Shown here one piece after another: positions 43,617 to 55,027 of a DNA stretch of 64,000 nt (positions are counted from its first letter, which is position 1; each line of letters starts with the position of its first letter). The stretch is from Escherichia coli. GTDB taxonomy: Bacteria > Pseudomonadota > Gammaproteobacteria > Enterobacterales > Enterobacteriaceae. Both the position numbers and the translations under genes were made by a program. Under the pieces are notes generated by a model. That model was not told the origin of the DNA. It did not search any database and saw only the letters and a list, made by a program, of their open reading frames with translations. The stretch lies in the NCBI RefSeq assembly GCF_029227855.1, contig NZ_CP074356.1; one strand, given 5' to 3'.

Positions 43617-43850
43617 CATTGGGATTTATGCCGTATTCCTGAAGTTCCTCATCATTGGAATGGATTTTCAGGCGAGAAAAGGATTTTATATGGATACTCT
43701 ACTCATCATTTCTTCTTCTCATCATCAACAATTCACGTCTCTCTTCCGCGTTTAATAACGGATTATGATGTGCAAAAAAAATATCTTTCGTTTCAGTTAC
43801 CTGTAATTAGATACAGAGAGAGATTTTGGCAATACATGGAGTAATACAGG
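43617..43850 (+). promoter_or_regulatory. pgaA promoter and long 5' leader with multiple GGA motifs (candidate CsrA sites)
   Basis: Repeated GGA-containing motifs (GGGATT, AGGATT, ACAGGATG at the RBS) upstream of the pgaA ATG; CsrA control of pgaA is established knowledge. Confidence 0.5.
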
Positions 43851-46274
43851 ATGTATTCAAGTAGCAGAAAAAGGTGCCCGAAAACCAAATGGGCTTTGAA
43901 AATTCTTACTGCCGCATTTTTAGCAGCGAGTCCCGCGGCGAAGAGTGCTGCTAATAATGCCTATGATGCATTGATTATCGAAGCTCGCAAGGGAAATACT
44001 CAGCCAGCTTTGTTATGGTTTGCACAAAAATCAGCACTCAGTAATAACCAAATTGCTGACTGGTTACAGATTGCCTTATGGGCCGGGCAAGATAAACAGG
44101 TTATTACCGTTTACAACCGCTACCGTCATCAGCAATTACCAGCGCGTGGTTATGCAGCTGTCGCCGTCGCTTATCGTAACCTGCAACAATGGCAAAACTC
44201 GCTTACACTGTGGCAAAAGGCACTCTCTCTGGAGTCGCAAAATAAGGATTATCAACGGGGACAAATTTTAACCCTGGCAGATGCGGGTCACTATGATTCT
44301 GCGCTGGTTAAACTTAAGCAGCTTAACTCTGGAGCACCGGACAAAGCTAATTTACTCGCAGAAGCCTATATCTATAAACTGGCGGGGCGGCATGAGGATG
44401 AATTACGGGCGATGACAGGGTCATTACCTGAAAATGCCTTAACGCAACAATATCCCACAGAATACGTGCAGGCATTACGGAATAATCAACTTGCTGCCGC
44501 GATTGACGATGCCAATTTAACGCCAGATATTCGCGCTGATATTCATGCCGAACTGGTCAGACTGTCGTTTATGCCTACGCGCAGTGAAAGTGAACGTTAT
44601 GCCATTGCCGATCGCGCCCTCGCCCAATACGCTGCATTAGAAATTCTGTGGCATGATAACCCTGACCGCACTGCCCAGTACCAGCGTATTCAGGTTGATC
44701 ATCTTGGCGCGTTATTAACTCGCGATCGTTATAAAGACGTTATTTCTCACTATCAGCGTTTAAAAAAGACGGGGCAAATTATTCCGCCCTGGGCGCAATA
44801 TTGGGTTGCGTCGGCTTATCTCAAAGAACATCAGCCAAAAAAAGCACAGTCAATAATGACAGAGCTCTTTTATCACAAGGAGACCATTGCCCCGGATTTA
44901 TCCGATGAAGAACTTGCGGATCTCTTTTACAGCCACCTGGAGAGTGAAAATTATCCCGGCGCGCTAACTGTCACCCAACATACCATTAATACTTCGCCGC
45001 CTTTCCTTCGGTTAATGGGCACGCCTACGAGCATCCCGAATGATACCTGGTTACAGGGGCATTCGTTTCTCTCAACCGTAGCTAAATATAGTAATGATCT
45101 TCCTCAGGCTGAAATGACAGCCAGAGAGCTTGCTTATAACGCACCAGGAAATCAGGGACTGCGCATTGATTACGCGAGTGTGTTACAAGCCCGCGGTTGG
45201 CCTCGTGCGGCAGAAAATGAATTAAAAAAAGCAGAAGTGATCGAGCCACGTAATATTAATCTGGAGGTTGAACAAGCCTGGACAGCATTAACGTTACAAG
45301 AATGGCAGCAGGCAGCGGTCTTAACGCACGATGTTGTCGAACGTGAACCGCAAGATCCCGGCGTTGTACGTTTAAAACGTGCGGTTGATGTACATAATCT
45401 TGCAGAGCTTCGTATCGCTGGCTCAACAGGAATTGATGCCGAAGGTCCGGATAGTGGCAAACATGATGTCGACTTAACCACCATCGTTTATTCACCACCG
45501 CTGAATGATAACTGGCGCGGTTTTGCTGGATTCGGTTATGCCGATGGACAATTTAGCGAAGGAAAAGGGATTATTCGCGACTGGCTTGCGGGTGTTGAGT
45601 GGCGGTCACGTAATATCTGGCTTGAGGCGGAGTACACCGAACGCTTTTTCAATCATGAGCATAAACCCGGCGCGCGCCTGTCTGGCTGGTATGATTTTAA
45701 TGATAACTGGCGTATTGGTTCGCAACTGGAACGCCTCTCTCACCGCGTTCCATTACGGGCAATGAAAAATGGTGTTACAGGCAACAGTGCACAGGCTTAT
45801 GTTCGCTGGTATCAAAATGAGCGGCGTAAGTACGGTGTCTCCTGGGCTTTCACTGATTTTTCTGACAGTAATCAGCGTCATGAAGTCTCACTTGAGGGTC
45901 AGGAACGCATCTGGTCTTCACCATATTTGATTGTCGATTTCCTACCCAATCTGTATTACGAACAAAATACAGAACACGACACTCCATACTACAACCCTAT
46001 AAAAACGTTCGATATTGTTCCGGCATTTGAGGCAAGTCATTTGTTATGGCGTAGCTATGAAAATAGCTGGGAGCAAATCTTCAGCGCAGGTGTTGGTGCC
46101 TCCTGGCAAAAACATTATGGCACGGATGTCGTCACCCAACTCGGCTACGGGCAACGCATTAGCTGGAATGACGTGATTGATGCTGGCGCAACGCTACGCT
46201 GGGAAAAACGACCTTATGACGGTGACAGAGAACACAACTTATACGTTGAATTCGATATGACATTCAGATTTTAA
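43851..46274 (+). CDS. pgaA: Poly-beta-1,6-N-acetylglucosamine export porin PgaA
   Basis: 807 aa ORF, MYSSSRKRCPKTKWALKILTAAFLAASPAA; TPR-like N-half and beta-barrel C-half. Confidence 0.95.
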   Translation: MYSSSRKRCPKTKWALKILTAAFLAASPAAKSAANNAYDALIIEARKGNTQPALLWFAQKSALSNNQIADWLQIALWAGQDKQVITVYNRYRHQQLPARGYAAVAVAYRNLQQWQNSLTLWQKALSLESQNKDYQRGQILTLADAGHYDSALVKLKQLNSGAPDKANLLAEAYIYKLAGRHEDELRAMTGSLPENALTQQYPTEYVQALRNNQLAAAIDDANLTPDIRADIHAELVRLSFMPTRSESERYAIADRALAQYAALEILWHDNPDRTAQYQRIQVDHLGALLTRDRYKDVISHYQRLKKTGQIIPPWAQYWVASAYLKEHQPKKAQSIMTELFYHKETIAPDLSDEELADLFYSHLESENYPGALTVTQHTINTSPPFLRLMGTPTSIPNDTWLQGHSFLSTVAKYSNDLPQAEMTARELAYNAPGNQGLRIDYASVLQARGWPRAAENELKKAEVIEPRNINLEVEQAWTALTLQEWQQAAVLTHDVVEREPQDPGVVRLKRAVDVHNLAELRIAGSTGIDAEGPDSGKHDVDLTTIVYSPPLNDNWRGFAGFGYADGQFSEGKGIIRDWLAGVEWRSRNIWLEAEYTERFFNHEHKPGARLSGWYDFNDNWRIGSQLERLSHRVPLRAMKNGVTGNSAQAYVRWYQNERRKYGVSWAFTDFSDSNQRHEVSLEGQERIWSSPYLIVDFLPNLYYEQNTEHDTPYYNPIKTFDIVPAFEASHLLWRSYENSWEQIFSAGVGASWQKHYGTDVVTQLGYGQRISWNDVIDAGATLRWEKRPYDGDREHNLYVEFDMTFRF

Positions 46275-46282
46275 GGATAAAT

Positions 46283-48301
46283 ATGTTACGTAATGGAAAT
46301 AAATATCTCCTGATGCTGGTGAGTATAATTATGCTCACTGCGTGCATTAGCCAGTCAAGAACATCATTTATACCGCCACAGGATCGCGAATCTTTACTCG
46401 CCGAGCAACCGTGGCCGCATAATGGTTTTGTGGCGATTTCATGGCATAACGTTGAAGACGAAGCTGCCGGCCAGCGTTTTATGTCAGTGCGGACATCAGC
46501 ACTGCGTGAACAATTTGCCTGGCTGCGCGAGAACGGTTATCAACCGGTCAGTATTGCTCAAATTCGTGAAGCACATCAAGGAGGAAAGCCGCTACCGGAA
46601 AAAGCAGTAGTGCTAACTTTTGATGACGGCTACCAGAGTTTTTATACCCGCGTCTTCCCAATTCTTCAGGCCTTCCAGTGGCCTGCTGTATGGGCCCCCG
46701 TCGGCAGTTGGGTCGATACGCCAGCGGATGAACAAGTAAAATTTGGCGATGAGATGGTCGATCGAGAATATTTTGCCACGTGGCAACAAGTGCGAGAAGT
46801 TGCGCGTTCCCGGCTCGTTGAGGTCGCTTCTCATACATGGAATTCTCACTACGGTATTCAGGCTAATGCCACCGGCAGCTTATTGCCTGTATATGTAAAT
46901 CGTGCATATTTTACTGACCACGCACGGTATGAAACCGCAGCAGAATACCGGGAAAGAATTCGTCTGGATGCTGTAAAAATGACGGAATACCTGCGTACAA
47001 AGGCTAAGGTAAATCCACACGTTTTTGTTTGGCCTTATGGCGAAGCGAATGGCATAGCGATAGAGGAATTAAAAAAACTCGGTTATGACATGTTCTTCAC
47101 CCTTGAATCAGGTTTGGCAAATGCGTCACAATTGGATTCCATTCCGCGAGTATTAATCGCCAATAATCCCTCATTAAAAGAGTTTGCCCAGCAAATTATT
47201 ACCGTACAGGAAAAATCACCACAACGGATAATGCATATCGATCTTGATTACGTTTATGACGAAAACCGCCAGCAAATGGATCGCAATATTGATGTGCTAA
47301 TTCAGCGGGTGAAAGATATGCAAATATCAACCGTGTATTTGCAGGCATTTGCTGATCCCGATGGTGATGGGCTGGTCAAAGAGGTCTGGTTTCCAAATCG
47401 TTTGCTACCAATGAAAGCAGATATTTTTAGTCGGGTTGCCTGGCAATTACGTACCCGCTCAGGTGTAAACATCTATGCGTGGATGCCGGTATTAAGCTGG
47501 GATTTAGATCCCACATTAACGCGAGTAAAATACTTACCGACTGGGGAGAAAAAAGCACAAATTCATCCTGAACAATATCGCCGTCTCTCTCCTTTCGATG
47601 ACAGAGTCAGAGCACAAGTTGGCATGTTATATGAAGATCTTGCCGGACATGCTGCTTTTGATGGCATATTGTTCCACGATGATGCTTTGCTTTCAGATTA
47701 TGAAGATGCCAGTGCACCGGCTATCACGGCTTATCAGCAAGCAGGCTTTAGCGGGAGTCTGAGCGAAATTCGACAAAACCCGGAGCAATTTAAACAGTGG
47801 ACCCGCTTTAAAAGTCGTGCGTTAACTGACTTCACTTTAGAACTTAGTGCGCGCGTAAAAGCCATTCGCGGTCCACATGTTAAAACTGCACGAAATATTT
47901 TTGCACTTCCGGTAATACAACCTGAAAGTGAAGCCTGGTTTGCACAGAATTATGCTGATTTCCTAAAAAGCTATGACTGGACCGCTATTATGGCTATGCC
48001 TTATATGGAAGGTGTAGCAGAAAAATCGGCTGACCAATGGTTAATACAATTGACCAATCAAATTAAAAACATCCCTCAGGCTAAAGACAAATCTATTTTA
48101 GAATTACAGGCACAAAACTGGCAGAAAAATGGTCAGCATCAGGCTATTTCTTCGCAACAACTCGCTCACTGGATGAGCCTATTACAACTGAATGGAGTGA
48201 AAAACTATGGTTATTATCCCGACAATTTTCTGCATAACCAACCTGAAATAGACGTTATTCGTCCTGAGTTTTCAACAGCCTGGTATCCGAAAAATGATTA
48301 A
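46283..48301 (+). CDS. pgaB: Poly-beta-1,6-N-acetylglucosamine N-deacetylase lipoprotein PgaB
   Basis: 672 aa [27 protein letters not shown] (lipobox LTAC). Confidence 0.95.
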   Translation: MLRNGNKYLLMLVSIIMLTACISQSRTSFIPPQDRESLLAEQPWPHNGFVAISWHNVEDEAAGQRFMSVRTSALREQFAWLRENGYQPVSIAQIREAHQGGKPLPEKAVVLTFDDGYQSFYTRVFPILQAFQWPAVWAPVGSWVDTPADEQVKFGDEMVDREYFATWQQVREVARSRLVEVASHTWNSHYGIQANATGSLLPVYVNRAYFTDHARYETAAEYRERIRLDAVKMTEYLRTKAKVNPHVFVWPYGEANGIAIEELKKLGYDMFFTLESGLANASQLDSIPRVLIANNPSLKEFAQQIITVQEKSPQRIMHIDLDYVYDENRQQMDRNIDVLIQRVKDMQISTVYLQAFADPDGDGLVKEVWFPNRLLPMKADIFSRVAWQLRTRSGVNIYAWMPVLSWDLDPTLTRVKYLPTGEKKAQIHPEQYRRLSPFDDRVRAQVGMLYEDLAGHAAFDGILFHDDALLSDYEDASAPAITAYQQAGFSGSLSEIRQNPEQFKQWTRFKSRALTDFTLELSARVKAIRGPHVKTARNIFALPVIQPESEAWFAQNYADFLKSYDWTAIMAMPYMEGVAEKSADQWLIQLTNQIKNIPQAKDKSILELQAQNWQKNGQHQAISSQQLAHWMSLLQLNGVKNYGYYPDNFLHNQPEIDVIRPEFSTAWYPKND

Positions 48302-49619
48302 TCGCATCGTATCGTTTTTTATATTATGTCTGGTGTTATGCATACCCCTATGCGTAGCGTACTTTCACTCTGGTGAACTGATGATGAGGTTCGTTTTCTT
48401 CTGGCCGTTTTTTATGTCCATCATGTGGATTGTTGGCGGCGTCTATTTCTGGGTCTATCGTGAACGCCACTGGCCGTGGGGAGAAAACGCACCAGCTCCC
48501 CAGTTGAAAGATAATCCGTCTATCTCCATTATCATTCCCTGTTTTAATGAGGAGAAAAACGTTGAGGAAACCATACACGCCGCTTTAGCACAGCGTTATG
48601 AGAACATTGAAGTTATTGCCGTAAATGACGGTTCAACAGACAAAACCCGTGCCATCCTGGATCGCATGGCTGCACAAATTCCCCACCTGCGGGTCATTCA
48701 TCTGGCGCAAAACCAGGGGAAAGCCATTGCGCTTAAAACCGGAGCTGCCGCGGCGAAAAGTGAATATCTGGTGTGCATTGATGGCGATGCGTTATTAGAC
48801 CGCGATGCGGCGGCATATATTGTGGAACCGATGTTGTACAACCCGCGTGTGGGTGCCGTAACCGGTAATCCTCGTATTCGAACACGTTCTACCCTGGTGG
48901 GTAAAATTCAGGTTGGCGAGTATTCCTCAATTATTGGTTTGATCAAGCGAACCCAGCGTATCTATGGAAACGTATTTACCGTTTCCGGTGTTATTGCCGC
49001 ATTTCGTCGCAGCGCCCTGGCAGAAGTGGGTTACTGGAGTGACGATATGATCACCGAAGATATTGATATTAGCTGGAAGCTGCAGTTGAATCAGTGGGCG
49101 ATTTTTTACGAGCCACGGGCGCTGTGCTGGATATTAATGCCTGAAACGTTAAAAGGGCTGTGGAAACAGCGCCTGCGCTGGGCTCAGGGCGGTGCAGAAG
49201 TATTCCTCAAAAATATGACAAGGTTGTGGCGCAAAGAAAACTTTCGAATGTGGCCGCTGTTTTTTGAATACTGCCTGACGACAATATGGGCCTTCACTTG
49301 CCTGGTCGGTTTCATTATTTACGCAGTCCAACTTGCCGGTGTACCGTTAAATATTGAATTGACACATATCGCTGCGACACATACTGCCGGAATATTATTG
49401 TGTACGTTATGTTTACTGCAATTTATTGTCAGCCTGATGATCGAGAATCGCTATGAGCATAATCTGACTTCATCGCTTTTCTGGATTATTTGGTTCCCGG
49501 TTATTTTCTGGATGCTGAGTCTGGCAACGACATTGGTATCATTTACACGAGTCATGTTGATGCCTAAAAAGCAACGCGCCCGTTGGGTAAGTCCCGATCG
49601 CGGGATTCTGAGAGGTTAA
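48294..49619 (+). CDS. pgaC: Poly-beta-1,6-N-acetylglucosamine synthase PgaC (GT2 family)
   Basis: 441 aa [27 protein letters not shown]; GT2 D,D,D and QRxRW motifs; overlaps pgaB by 8 nt. Confidence 0.95.
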   Translation: MINRIVSFFILCLVLCIPLCVAYFHSGELMMRFVFFWPFFMSIMWIVGGVYFWVYRERHWPWGENAPAPQLKDNPSISIIIPCFNEEKNVEETIHAALAQRYENIEVIAVNDGSTDKTRAILDRMAAQIPHLRVIHLAQNQGKAIALKTGAAAAKSEYLVCIDGDALLDRDAAAYIVEPMLYNPRVGAVTGNPRIRTRSTLVGKIQVGEYSSIIGLIKRTQRIYGNVFTVSGVIAAFRRSALAEVGYWSDDMITEDIDISWKLQLNQWAIFYEPRALCWILMPETLKGLWKQRLRWAQGGAEVFLKNMTRLWRKENFRMWPLFFEYCLTTIWAFTCLVGFIIYAVQLAGVPLNIELTHIAATHTAGILLCTLCLLQFIVSLMIENRYEHNLTSSLFWIIWFPVIFWMLSLATTLVSFTRVMLMPKKQRARWVSPDRGILRG

Positions 49620-49620
49620 T

Positions 49621-50034
49621 ATGAACAATTTAATTATTACGACCCGACAATCGCCAGTACGTTTAATGGTTGATTATGTTGCCACAACCATCTTATGGAC
49701 ATTATTTGCTTTGTTCATATTCTTATTCGCCATGGATCTGCTGACGGGTTATTACTGGCAAAGCGAGGCCAGAAGCCGACTTCAGTTCTATTTTTTGCTG
49801 GCAGTGGCGAATGCCGTCGTGTTAATTGTCTGGGCGCTGTACAATAAGCTACGTTTTCAAAAACAGCAGCATCATGCAGCCTACCAATATACGCCGCAAG
49901 AATATGCTGAGAGCTTAGCAATACCTGATGAGCTCTATCAGCAACTACAAAAAAGCCACAGGATGAGCGTACACTTCACCAGGCAGGGGCAAATAAAAAT
50001 GGTGGTTTCAGAAAAAGCGCTAGTCCGGGCGTAA
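49621..50034 (+). CDS. pgaD: PGA synthesis accessory protein PgaD
   Basis: 137 aa [37 protein letters not shown]. Confidence 0.93.
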   Translation: MNNLIITTRQSPVRLMVDYVATTILWTLFALFIFLFAMDLLTGYYWQSEARSRLQFYFLLAVANAVVLIVWALYNKLRFQKQQHHAAYQYTPQEYAESLAIPDELYQQLQKSHRMSVHFTRQGQIKMVVSEKALVRA

Positions 50035-50043
50035 ACACCCAAA

Positions 50044-50066
50044 ACAAAGCCCGGTTCGCCCGGGCT
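50044..50066 (-). terminator. Hairpin terminator in the convergent pgaD/phoH gap
   Basis: AGCCCGG-TTCG-CCCGGGCT; the minus-strand reading is followed by a T-rich tract. Confidence 0.65.
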
Positions 50067-50083
50067 CTGCGCCGATAATACAC

Positions 50084-50872
50084 TTAACTGTATGCATGTA
50101 GCGTACGTTGGCAAAGTGCCGAACGTACGCAATCCTCTTTACCGAATCGGACGATCCCGACCATTTCATCTTCTTCGAAACGTTCCAGCGCGTCACTTAA
50201 TCCGGAGCGCACGCCGCGAGGCAAATCGCATTGCGTGATATCACCGTTGACGATAACCGTCACGTTCTCCCCGAGGCGGGTTAAAAACATTTTCATTTGC
50301 GCGGCAGTCACATTCTGCGCCTCGTCAAGAATGACGACTGCATTTTCAAAGGTACGTCCACGCATATAGGCGAACGGCGCAATTTCCACCTTCCCTATTT
50401 CCGGTCGCAGGCAGTACTGCATAAAGGAAGCCCCTAAGCGCCGGACCAGCACGTCGTAGACCGGACGAAAATAGGGAGCAAACTTTTCTGCGATATCTCC
50501 AGGTAAGAAGCCAAGATCTTCATCGGCTTGCAGAACTGGACGGGTGACGATAATCCTGTCGACATCCTTATGTATCAGGGCCTCTGCCGCTTTTGCTGCG
50601 CTGATCCAGGTTTTTCCGCACCCGGCTTCGCCCGTGGCGAATATCAGCTGCTTACTCTCAATAGCCTTCAGATAGTGCAATTGCGCTTCATTTCGCGCGA
50701 GGATGGGCGAGGTATCGCGACTGTCGCGGGCCATACCAATGGCTTCTACGCCGCTCATCTGCACAAGCGAGGTGACCGATTCTTCTTCACGCTGCTTATG
50801 GCTGCGCGAATCCCGTCTCAGCACACGTTTTGCCTCGCGACGAGCTTTGATCACTGCTTTTTGTCTTCCCAT
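50084..50872 (-). CDS. phoH: Phosphate-starvation-inducible ATPase PhoH (conserved core); upstream start unresolved
   Basis: Core MGRQKAVIKARREAKRV...GEAGCGKTW (Walker A) to ...LHAYS. Same frame stays open up to a GTG at 51007; a different-frame ATG at 51147 opens a 98-codon ORF that ends at 50851. Confidence 0.85.
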   Translation of the reverse strand: MGRQKAVIKARREAKRVLRRDSRSHKQREEESVTSLVQMSGVEAIGMARDSRDTSPILARNEAQLHYLKAIESKQLIFATGEAGCGKTWISAAKAAEALIHKDVDRIIVTRPVLQADEDLGFLPGDIAEKFAPYFRPVYDVLVRRLGASFMQYCLRPEIGKVEIAPFAYMRGRTFENAVVILDEAQNVTAAQMKMFLTRLGENVTVIVNGDITQCDLPRGVRSGLSDALERFEEDEMVGIVRFGKEDCVRSALCQRTLHAYS

Positions 50873-51339
50873 GGAGAGCACCTTGAGTTGTTTGTATTCA
50901 TCACACGCGCCGTTGGCAGCGCGATTATGCGCACGAACATCAGAGGGTTGGCTTCCTTGTAAGCCATAGTTTGCTTTTGGATAAAATGCCGAAAAACGGC
51001 TACGCACACCGTTTGCGGCGTCGGTAACACGAGTAAAGAGAGGAAGTGAGAAAAATACAGAGTGACGAAGTTGCTACCGGAGGAGAAATCTCCGCGAGTG
51101 GTGGAGCCTTGCTTAACAAAACATTGTCCAGAACAGGACGTTACCATACGCGATCTCCATAGTGACTGACTATCACTGCCGGGAACTTCCGCTGCTACTT
51201 AATAAGTACAACAGATCTCGCATTCATTGCAACAATATATTCACTTATATTTAACTACAAAACACCATTTCAGTGACATTAGTTTCTACTGGAAAGATGA
51301 CAGAGTGATGACAGTGATGAAAAAAGCTGTGTGCTTTCA

Positions 51340-51490
51340 GCAGGATTCGCATCAGGCATCAGCGCACGAACGCCGGATGCGGCGTGAACGCCTGATCCAG
51401 CCTACCAAACCCGCACCGATTGTAGGCATGATAAGACGCGCAAGCGTCGCATCAGGCATCTGCGCACGAACGCCTTATCCGCCTAAACAC
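51340..51490. repeat. Cluster of REP elements between efeB and phoH
   Basis: Tandem REP-like units GCCGGATGCGGCGTGAACGCCTGATCC, TGTAGGCATGATAAGACGCGCAAGCGTCGCATCAGGCA and CGCACGAACGCCTTATCCGCC. Confidence 0.75.
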
Positions 51491-51491
51491 A

Positions 51492-52763
51492 TTAAACCCG
51501 CAATAACGCGCTTCCGAGATAATCGTTCGCGTCCTTCACTCCCGGCAGCGAAAAAAAATAACCACCGCCGATAGGTTTAACGTATTCCTCCAGCGCTTCG
51601 CCATTGAGCCTTTTTTGTACTGTCAGGAAGCCTTTTTCCAGATCGTGTTGATAGCAGACAAACAGTAGCCCCATATCCAGTTGTCCGGAGTTGGTGACGC
51701 CCAACGAATAACTGTAGCCACGACGCAGCATCAGGCTGGACTCACTCTCTGGCGTGCGGGGATTCGCCAGCCGGATATGGCTGTCCAGCGCAATCACCTT
51801 CCCCTCCGGATCGCTGGCGTAATCGGGAACATCATGCTCATGCTGCATTCCCAGCGGCGCACCGGTTTGTTTGTCGCGACCAAAAATCGTCTGCTGTTCT
51901 TTCAGTGGCGTTCTGTCCCAAAACTCCACCCGAAACTGAATCAACCGCACCGCCTGATAGCTGCCACCGATTGTCCACTCAGGCTCCTGCTGATCTGCCG
52001 TTACCCACACCACTTTTTGCATCAACTTATCATTCTGGCTATCGGGATTGGCAGTGCCGTCTTTGAAACCCAGCAAATTTATCGGCGTCTCTTTGCCTTT
52101 ACTACGCGCCGCGTGATCGGAAATAAACCCTTCCCGCTTCCAGCGCACACTGAGCAAATCCGGCGTGTGTTTGATGATATCGCGCAGCGCATGGATCACC
52201 GTATCCTGGGTGTTGGCGCAAATTTGTAGCAACACATCACCATGACATAACGCCGCATCAAGCGAGTCATTGGGGAAACGCGTCATCTTCTGCAGCTTTT
52301 TCGGCATCTGCGACGCAAGGCCAAAGCGCTCATCAAACAATGAGTGGCCCACCGATAATGTGATGGTGAGATTATCGGGCGCAATGTAGCCGCCAAGAAT
52401 GCCGGAATCGAGTGGTGGCAGGCGCGGATTTGGCGTTTCTGGTGCCGCTCCGCCCTGAGTCAGAAAAGAAAAACGCTGAGTCAACAAGCGAAACAACCGT
52501 TCAAGATCGGCTTTATCGCTGGCAAGCACATCAAACGCCACCAGCATCATTGCGGCCTGTTGTGGCGTCAGGATCCCTGCCTGATGCTCACCATAAAACG
52601 GCTGCTTCTCATTGCGTGCATCCGGTGAAAGCGTCCCCGGTGCACTTTGCGTTTTTTGTGCATGAGCGACCGGACAACTTCCTGCCAGCGCCAGTGCACC
52701 AATCCCTTTCAGTAAACGTCGGCGTGACGGTTCATTCACGCCGTTTTCATCTTCATACTGCAT
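51492..52763 (-). CDS. efeB: Dyp-type haem peroxidase / deferrochelatase EfeB (Tat-secreted)
   Basis: 423 aa ORF with twin-arginine signal [29 protein letters not shown]. Confidence 0.95.
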   Translation of the reverse strand: MQYEDENGVNEPSRRRLLKGIGALALAGSCPVAHAQKTQSAPGTLSPDARNEKQPFYGEHQAGILTPQQAAMMLVAFDVLASDKADLERLFRLLTQRFSFLTQGGAAPETPNPRLPPLDSGILGGYIAPDNLTITLSVGHSLFDERFGLASQMPKKLQKMTRFPNDSLDAALCHGDVLLQICANTQDTVIHALRDIIKHTPDLLSVRWKREGFISDHAARSKGKETPINLLGFKDGTANPDSQNDKLMQKVVWVTADQQEPEWTIGGSYQAVRLIQFRVEFWDRTPLKEQQTIFGRDKQTGAPLGMQHEHDVPDYASDPEGKVIALDSHIRLANPRTPESESSLMLRRGYSYSLGVTNSGQLDMGLLFVCYQHDLEKGFLTVQKRLNGEALEEYVKPIGGGYFFSLPGVKDANDYLGSALLRV

Positions 52764-52768
52764 AACGC

Positions 52769-53896
52769 TTAATCCAGCCCCAGCACACCGCGAAGTTGCG
52801 CCAGATCTTCCGCCAGCGCAGTAATCGGCCCTTTCAGCGCATTACGGTCAGCATCGGTCAATTTGTCGTAGGTTTCAAAACCGTCTTTAGTACGGTATTT
52901 CGCCAGAATGGTATCGACCTTTTTGAAGTTGGCATCGACTTTTGCCAGCAGTTCCGGGTTGGCTTTTTGTAGTTGTGGACGCAGCAGATCGACAATTTTC
53001 TGCGAGCCTTCAACGTTAGCCTGGAAATCCCACAGATCGGTGTGGCTGTAGCGATCTTCTTCACCGCTGATTTTGCTGGCTGCCACTTCCTCAATCAGTC
53101 CGGCTGCGCCGCCGACCACTTTTGACGGAGGGAAAGCCAGTTCACTGATGCGTTTTTGCAAATCGACCACATCGGTATAAAGCTGGTCGGCATACTTATC
53201 CATCCCTTTAGTGGTGTTATCGCCAAACAATGCTTTTTCCAGACGGTGGAAACCGGTGAATTTTGGATCGGCGGCTTTTTGCTCGTAATCATCTTCACGG
53301 GCGTCAATGCTACCATCCAGATCGGAGAACAGTTCAGCAATCGGTTCAATGCGCTCATAGTGCTGGCGCGTCGGCGCATACAGTGCTTTCGCTTTTTCGA
53401 TATCGCCTGCTTTAATAGCGTCGGTAAAGGCTTTGGTGTCGGTCACCAGCTGCGTGGTTTCCGCCATGACATACGCTTTATATGCAGTAATTGCACCACC
53501 GAGACTTAACAGCGCATCACTTTGCGCCGCATCCGCCGTTGCTTCACCTTTGACGATCAACTTCCCTTTCGGGTTAGTCAGCAGACCGCAGGTCATATCG
53601 TATTCGCCAGGCTGTAAATTCGCCGTCATTTTCTGGCTAAAGCCAGGGGCGATATTTTCTCGCTCTTCCACCACCATCACGCCTTTGAGGATCTCCCACT
53701 CCAGCGCCTTCTGGCTGTGGTTCTGAATAATGAACTGTGTTTTCCCGGCGTTAACCGTAATGGTCATCGGTTCGCACTGCTTATCCGTCACGGTGACTTT
53801 GACTTGCGGAATATCGGCGGCGTTAGCCATAAAAGCAGAAGAGAACAGCGCAGCCACGCTCAACTGCAATGCGTTACGGCGGAAGTTAATGGTCAT
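52769..53896 (-). CDS. efeO: Periplasmic iron uptake protein EfeO
   Basis: 375 aa [39 protein letters not shown]. Confidence 0.95.
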   Translation of the reverse strand: MTINFRRNALQLSVAALFSSAFMANAADIPQVKVTVTDKQCEPMTITVNAGKTQFIIQNHSQKALEWEILKGVMVVEERENIAPGFSQKMTANLQPGEYDMTCGLLTNPKGKLIVKGEATADAAQSDALLSLGGAITAYKAYVMAETTQLVTDTKAFTDAIKAGDIEKAKALYAPTRQHYERIEPIAELFSDLDGSIDAREDDYEQKAADPKFTGFHRLEKALFGDNTTKGMDKYADQLYTDVVDLQKRISELAFPPSKVVGGAAGLIEEVAASKISGEEDRYSHTDLWDFQANVEGSQKIVDLLRPQLQKANPELLAKVDANFKKVDTILAKYRTKDGFETYDKLTDADRNALKGPITALAEDLAQLRGVLGLD

Positions 53897-53953
53897 GACG
53901 AGACTATCCCTTTAAAGTATGTTGTAACTAAGCAAGAGTTTGCGTCGTATTTG

Positions 53954-54784
53954 TTACGCGGAGCGAGACGCTGTCGCCCCTGCGCGTGGTGGCAGAGCAA
54001 ATGCCACCAGCGCCGGGATGAGATAAATAAACCAGACGGCGACTTCGCTGACACTTGGCGCTTCCTGATAGCCAAAAATCCCTTCCATCAGCGTGCCAAA
54101 CAGCGAGTGAGTTGAGAGCACCGCACTCATATCGAAGGCGATTTCCTGAAAGTGGTTCCACAATCCGGCTTCATGAAATGCGCGAATGGCACCAGCTGCC
54201 AGCCCAGCGGCGACGAAGAGAATAAACAGGCTGGTCCATTTAAAAAATGCACCAAGATTGAGGCGAATACCGCCCCAGTAGAGCAGGAAGCCGAGCACCA
54301 CGGCTGTAGCAAGACCGAGCATTGCACCCAGCGGCGGCCAGATCCCGACATCTTGTTGAAATGCCGCCAGCAGGAAAAAGACCGACTCCAGCCCTTCCCT
54401 TGCAACGGCAAAAAAGACCATCATCACCAGCGCCCAGCCATGATGATTTCCACGCTGCAATGCGCTATCGACTGCCTGCTCCAGTTGTACTTTGACGTTG
54501 CGCGACACTTTGCGCATCCAGAAAACCATCCAGGTAAGGATCACCACGGCGATCACCGCCACGATACCTTCAAACAGTTCCTGTTCTTTTTGCGGAAATT
54601 CGCCGGTGGTTTCGTTAATGAAGATACCCAAGCCCAGGCACAACGCAGCGGCAAGCAACACGCCAATCCACATCACACCAATCCATCGGCCTCGCTGGGT
54701 ACGCTTAAGATAGCTGGCAATCAAACTGACAATCAGCGCGGCTTCAAGTCCTTCGCGCAACATAATGAGAAATGGAACAAACAT
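53954..54784 (-). CDS. efeU: Ferrous iron permease EfeU (FTR1 family), apparently intact
   Basis: ORF 53954..54793; start placed at MFVPFLIMLREGLEAALIVSLIASYL (276 aa), uninterrupted, with REGLE and RExxE motifs. Confidence 0.9.
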   Translation of the reverse strand: MFVPFLIMLREGLEAALIVSLIASYLKRTQRGRWIGVMWIGVLLAAALCLGLGIFINETTGEFPQKEQELFEGIVAVIAVVILTWMVFWMRKVSRNVKVQLEQAVDSALQRGNHHGWALVMMVFFAVAREGLESVFFLLAAFQQDVGIWPPLGAMLGLATAVVLGFLLYWGGIRLNLGAFFKWTSLFILFVAAGLAAGAIRAFHEAGLWNHFQEIAFDMSAVLSTHSLFGTLMEGIFGYQEAPSVSEVAVWFIYLIPALVAFALPPRAGATASRSA

Positions 54785-54841
54785 GCCACCCACCCTTAAA
54801 CGTTTTTCTGAGTCAATCTATGCAAAGAAAAGTAAATCGCA

Positions 54842-54860
54842 GTGATAGCGATTATCATTA
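54842..54860. promoter_or_regulatory. Candidate Fur box upstream of efeUOB
   Basis: TGATAGCGATTATCATTAC resembles the Fur consensus GATAATGATAATCATTATC, about 60 nt upstream of the efeU start. Confidence 0.5.
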
Positions 54861-54993
54861 CGGCAAAGAAAAATACAAGCGGAATGTTTATAAAATGATG
54901 TTGGAATGTAAACAAAGAGAGGTAATGCCAGGGGATATAAACGATTATTCCAGGTACAAAGATGGGATTGTTTACAACGAGCCATGTGTTCTT

Positions 54994-55027
54994 GCCAGAT
55001 GCCGCGTAAACGCCTTATCCAGCCGAC
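54994..55027. repeat. REP-like element in the putP-efeU spacer
   Basis: GCCAGATGCCGCGTAAACGCCTTATCCAGCCGAC matches the REP family seen elsewhere in the window. Confidence 0.6.

Noticed and set aside
51227-51574. 115-aa ORF upstream of phoH
   Set aside because: It spans the REP element cluster and the 3' end of efeB on the opposite strand; the translation is low-complexity Arg/Pro-rich, consistent with a palindromic repeat read as protein.
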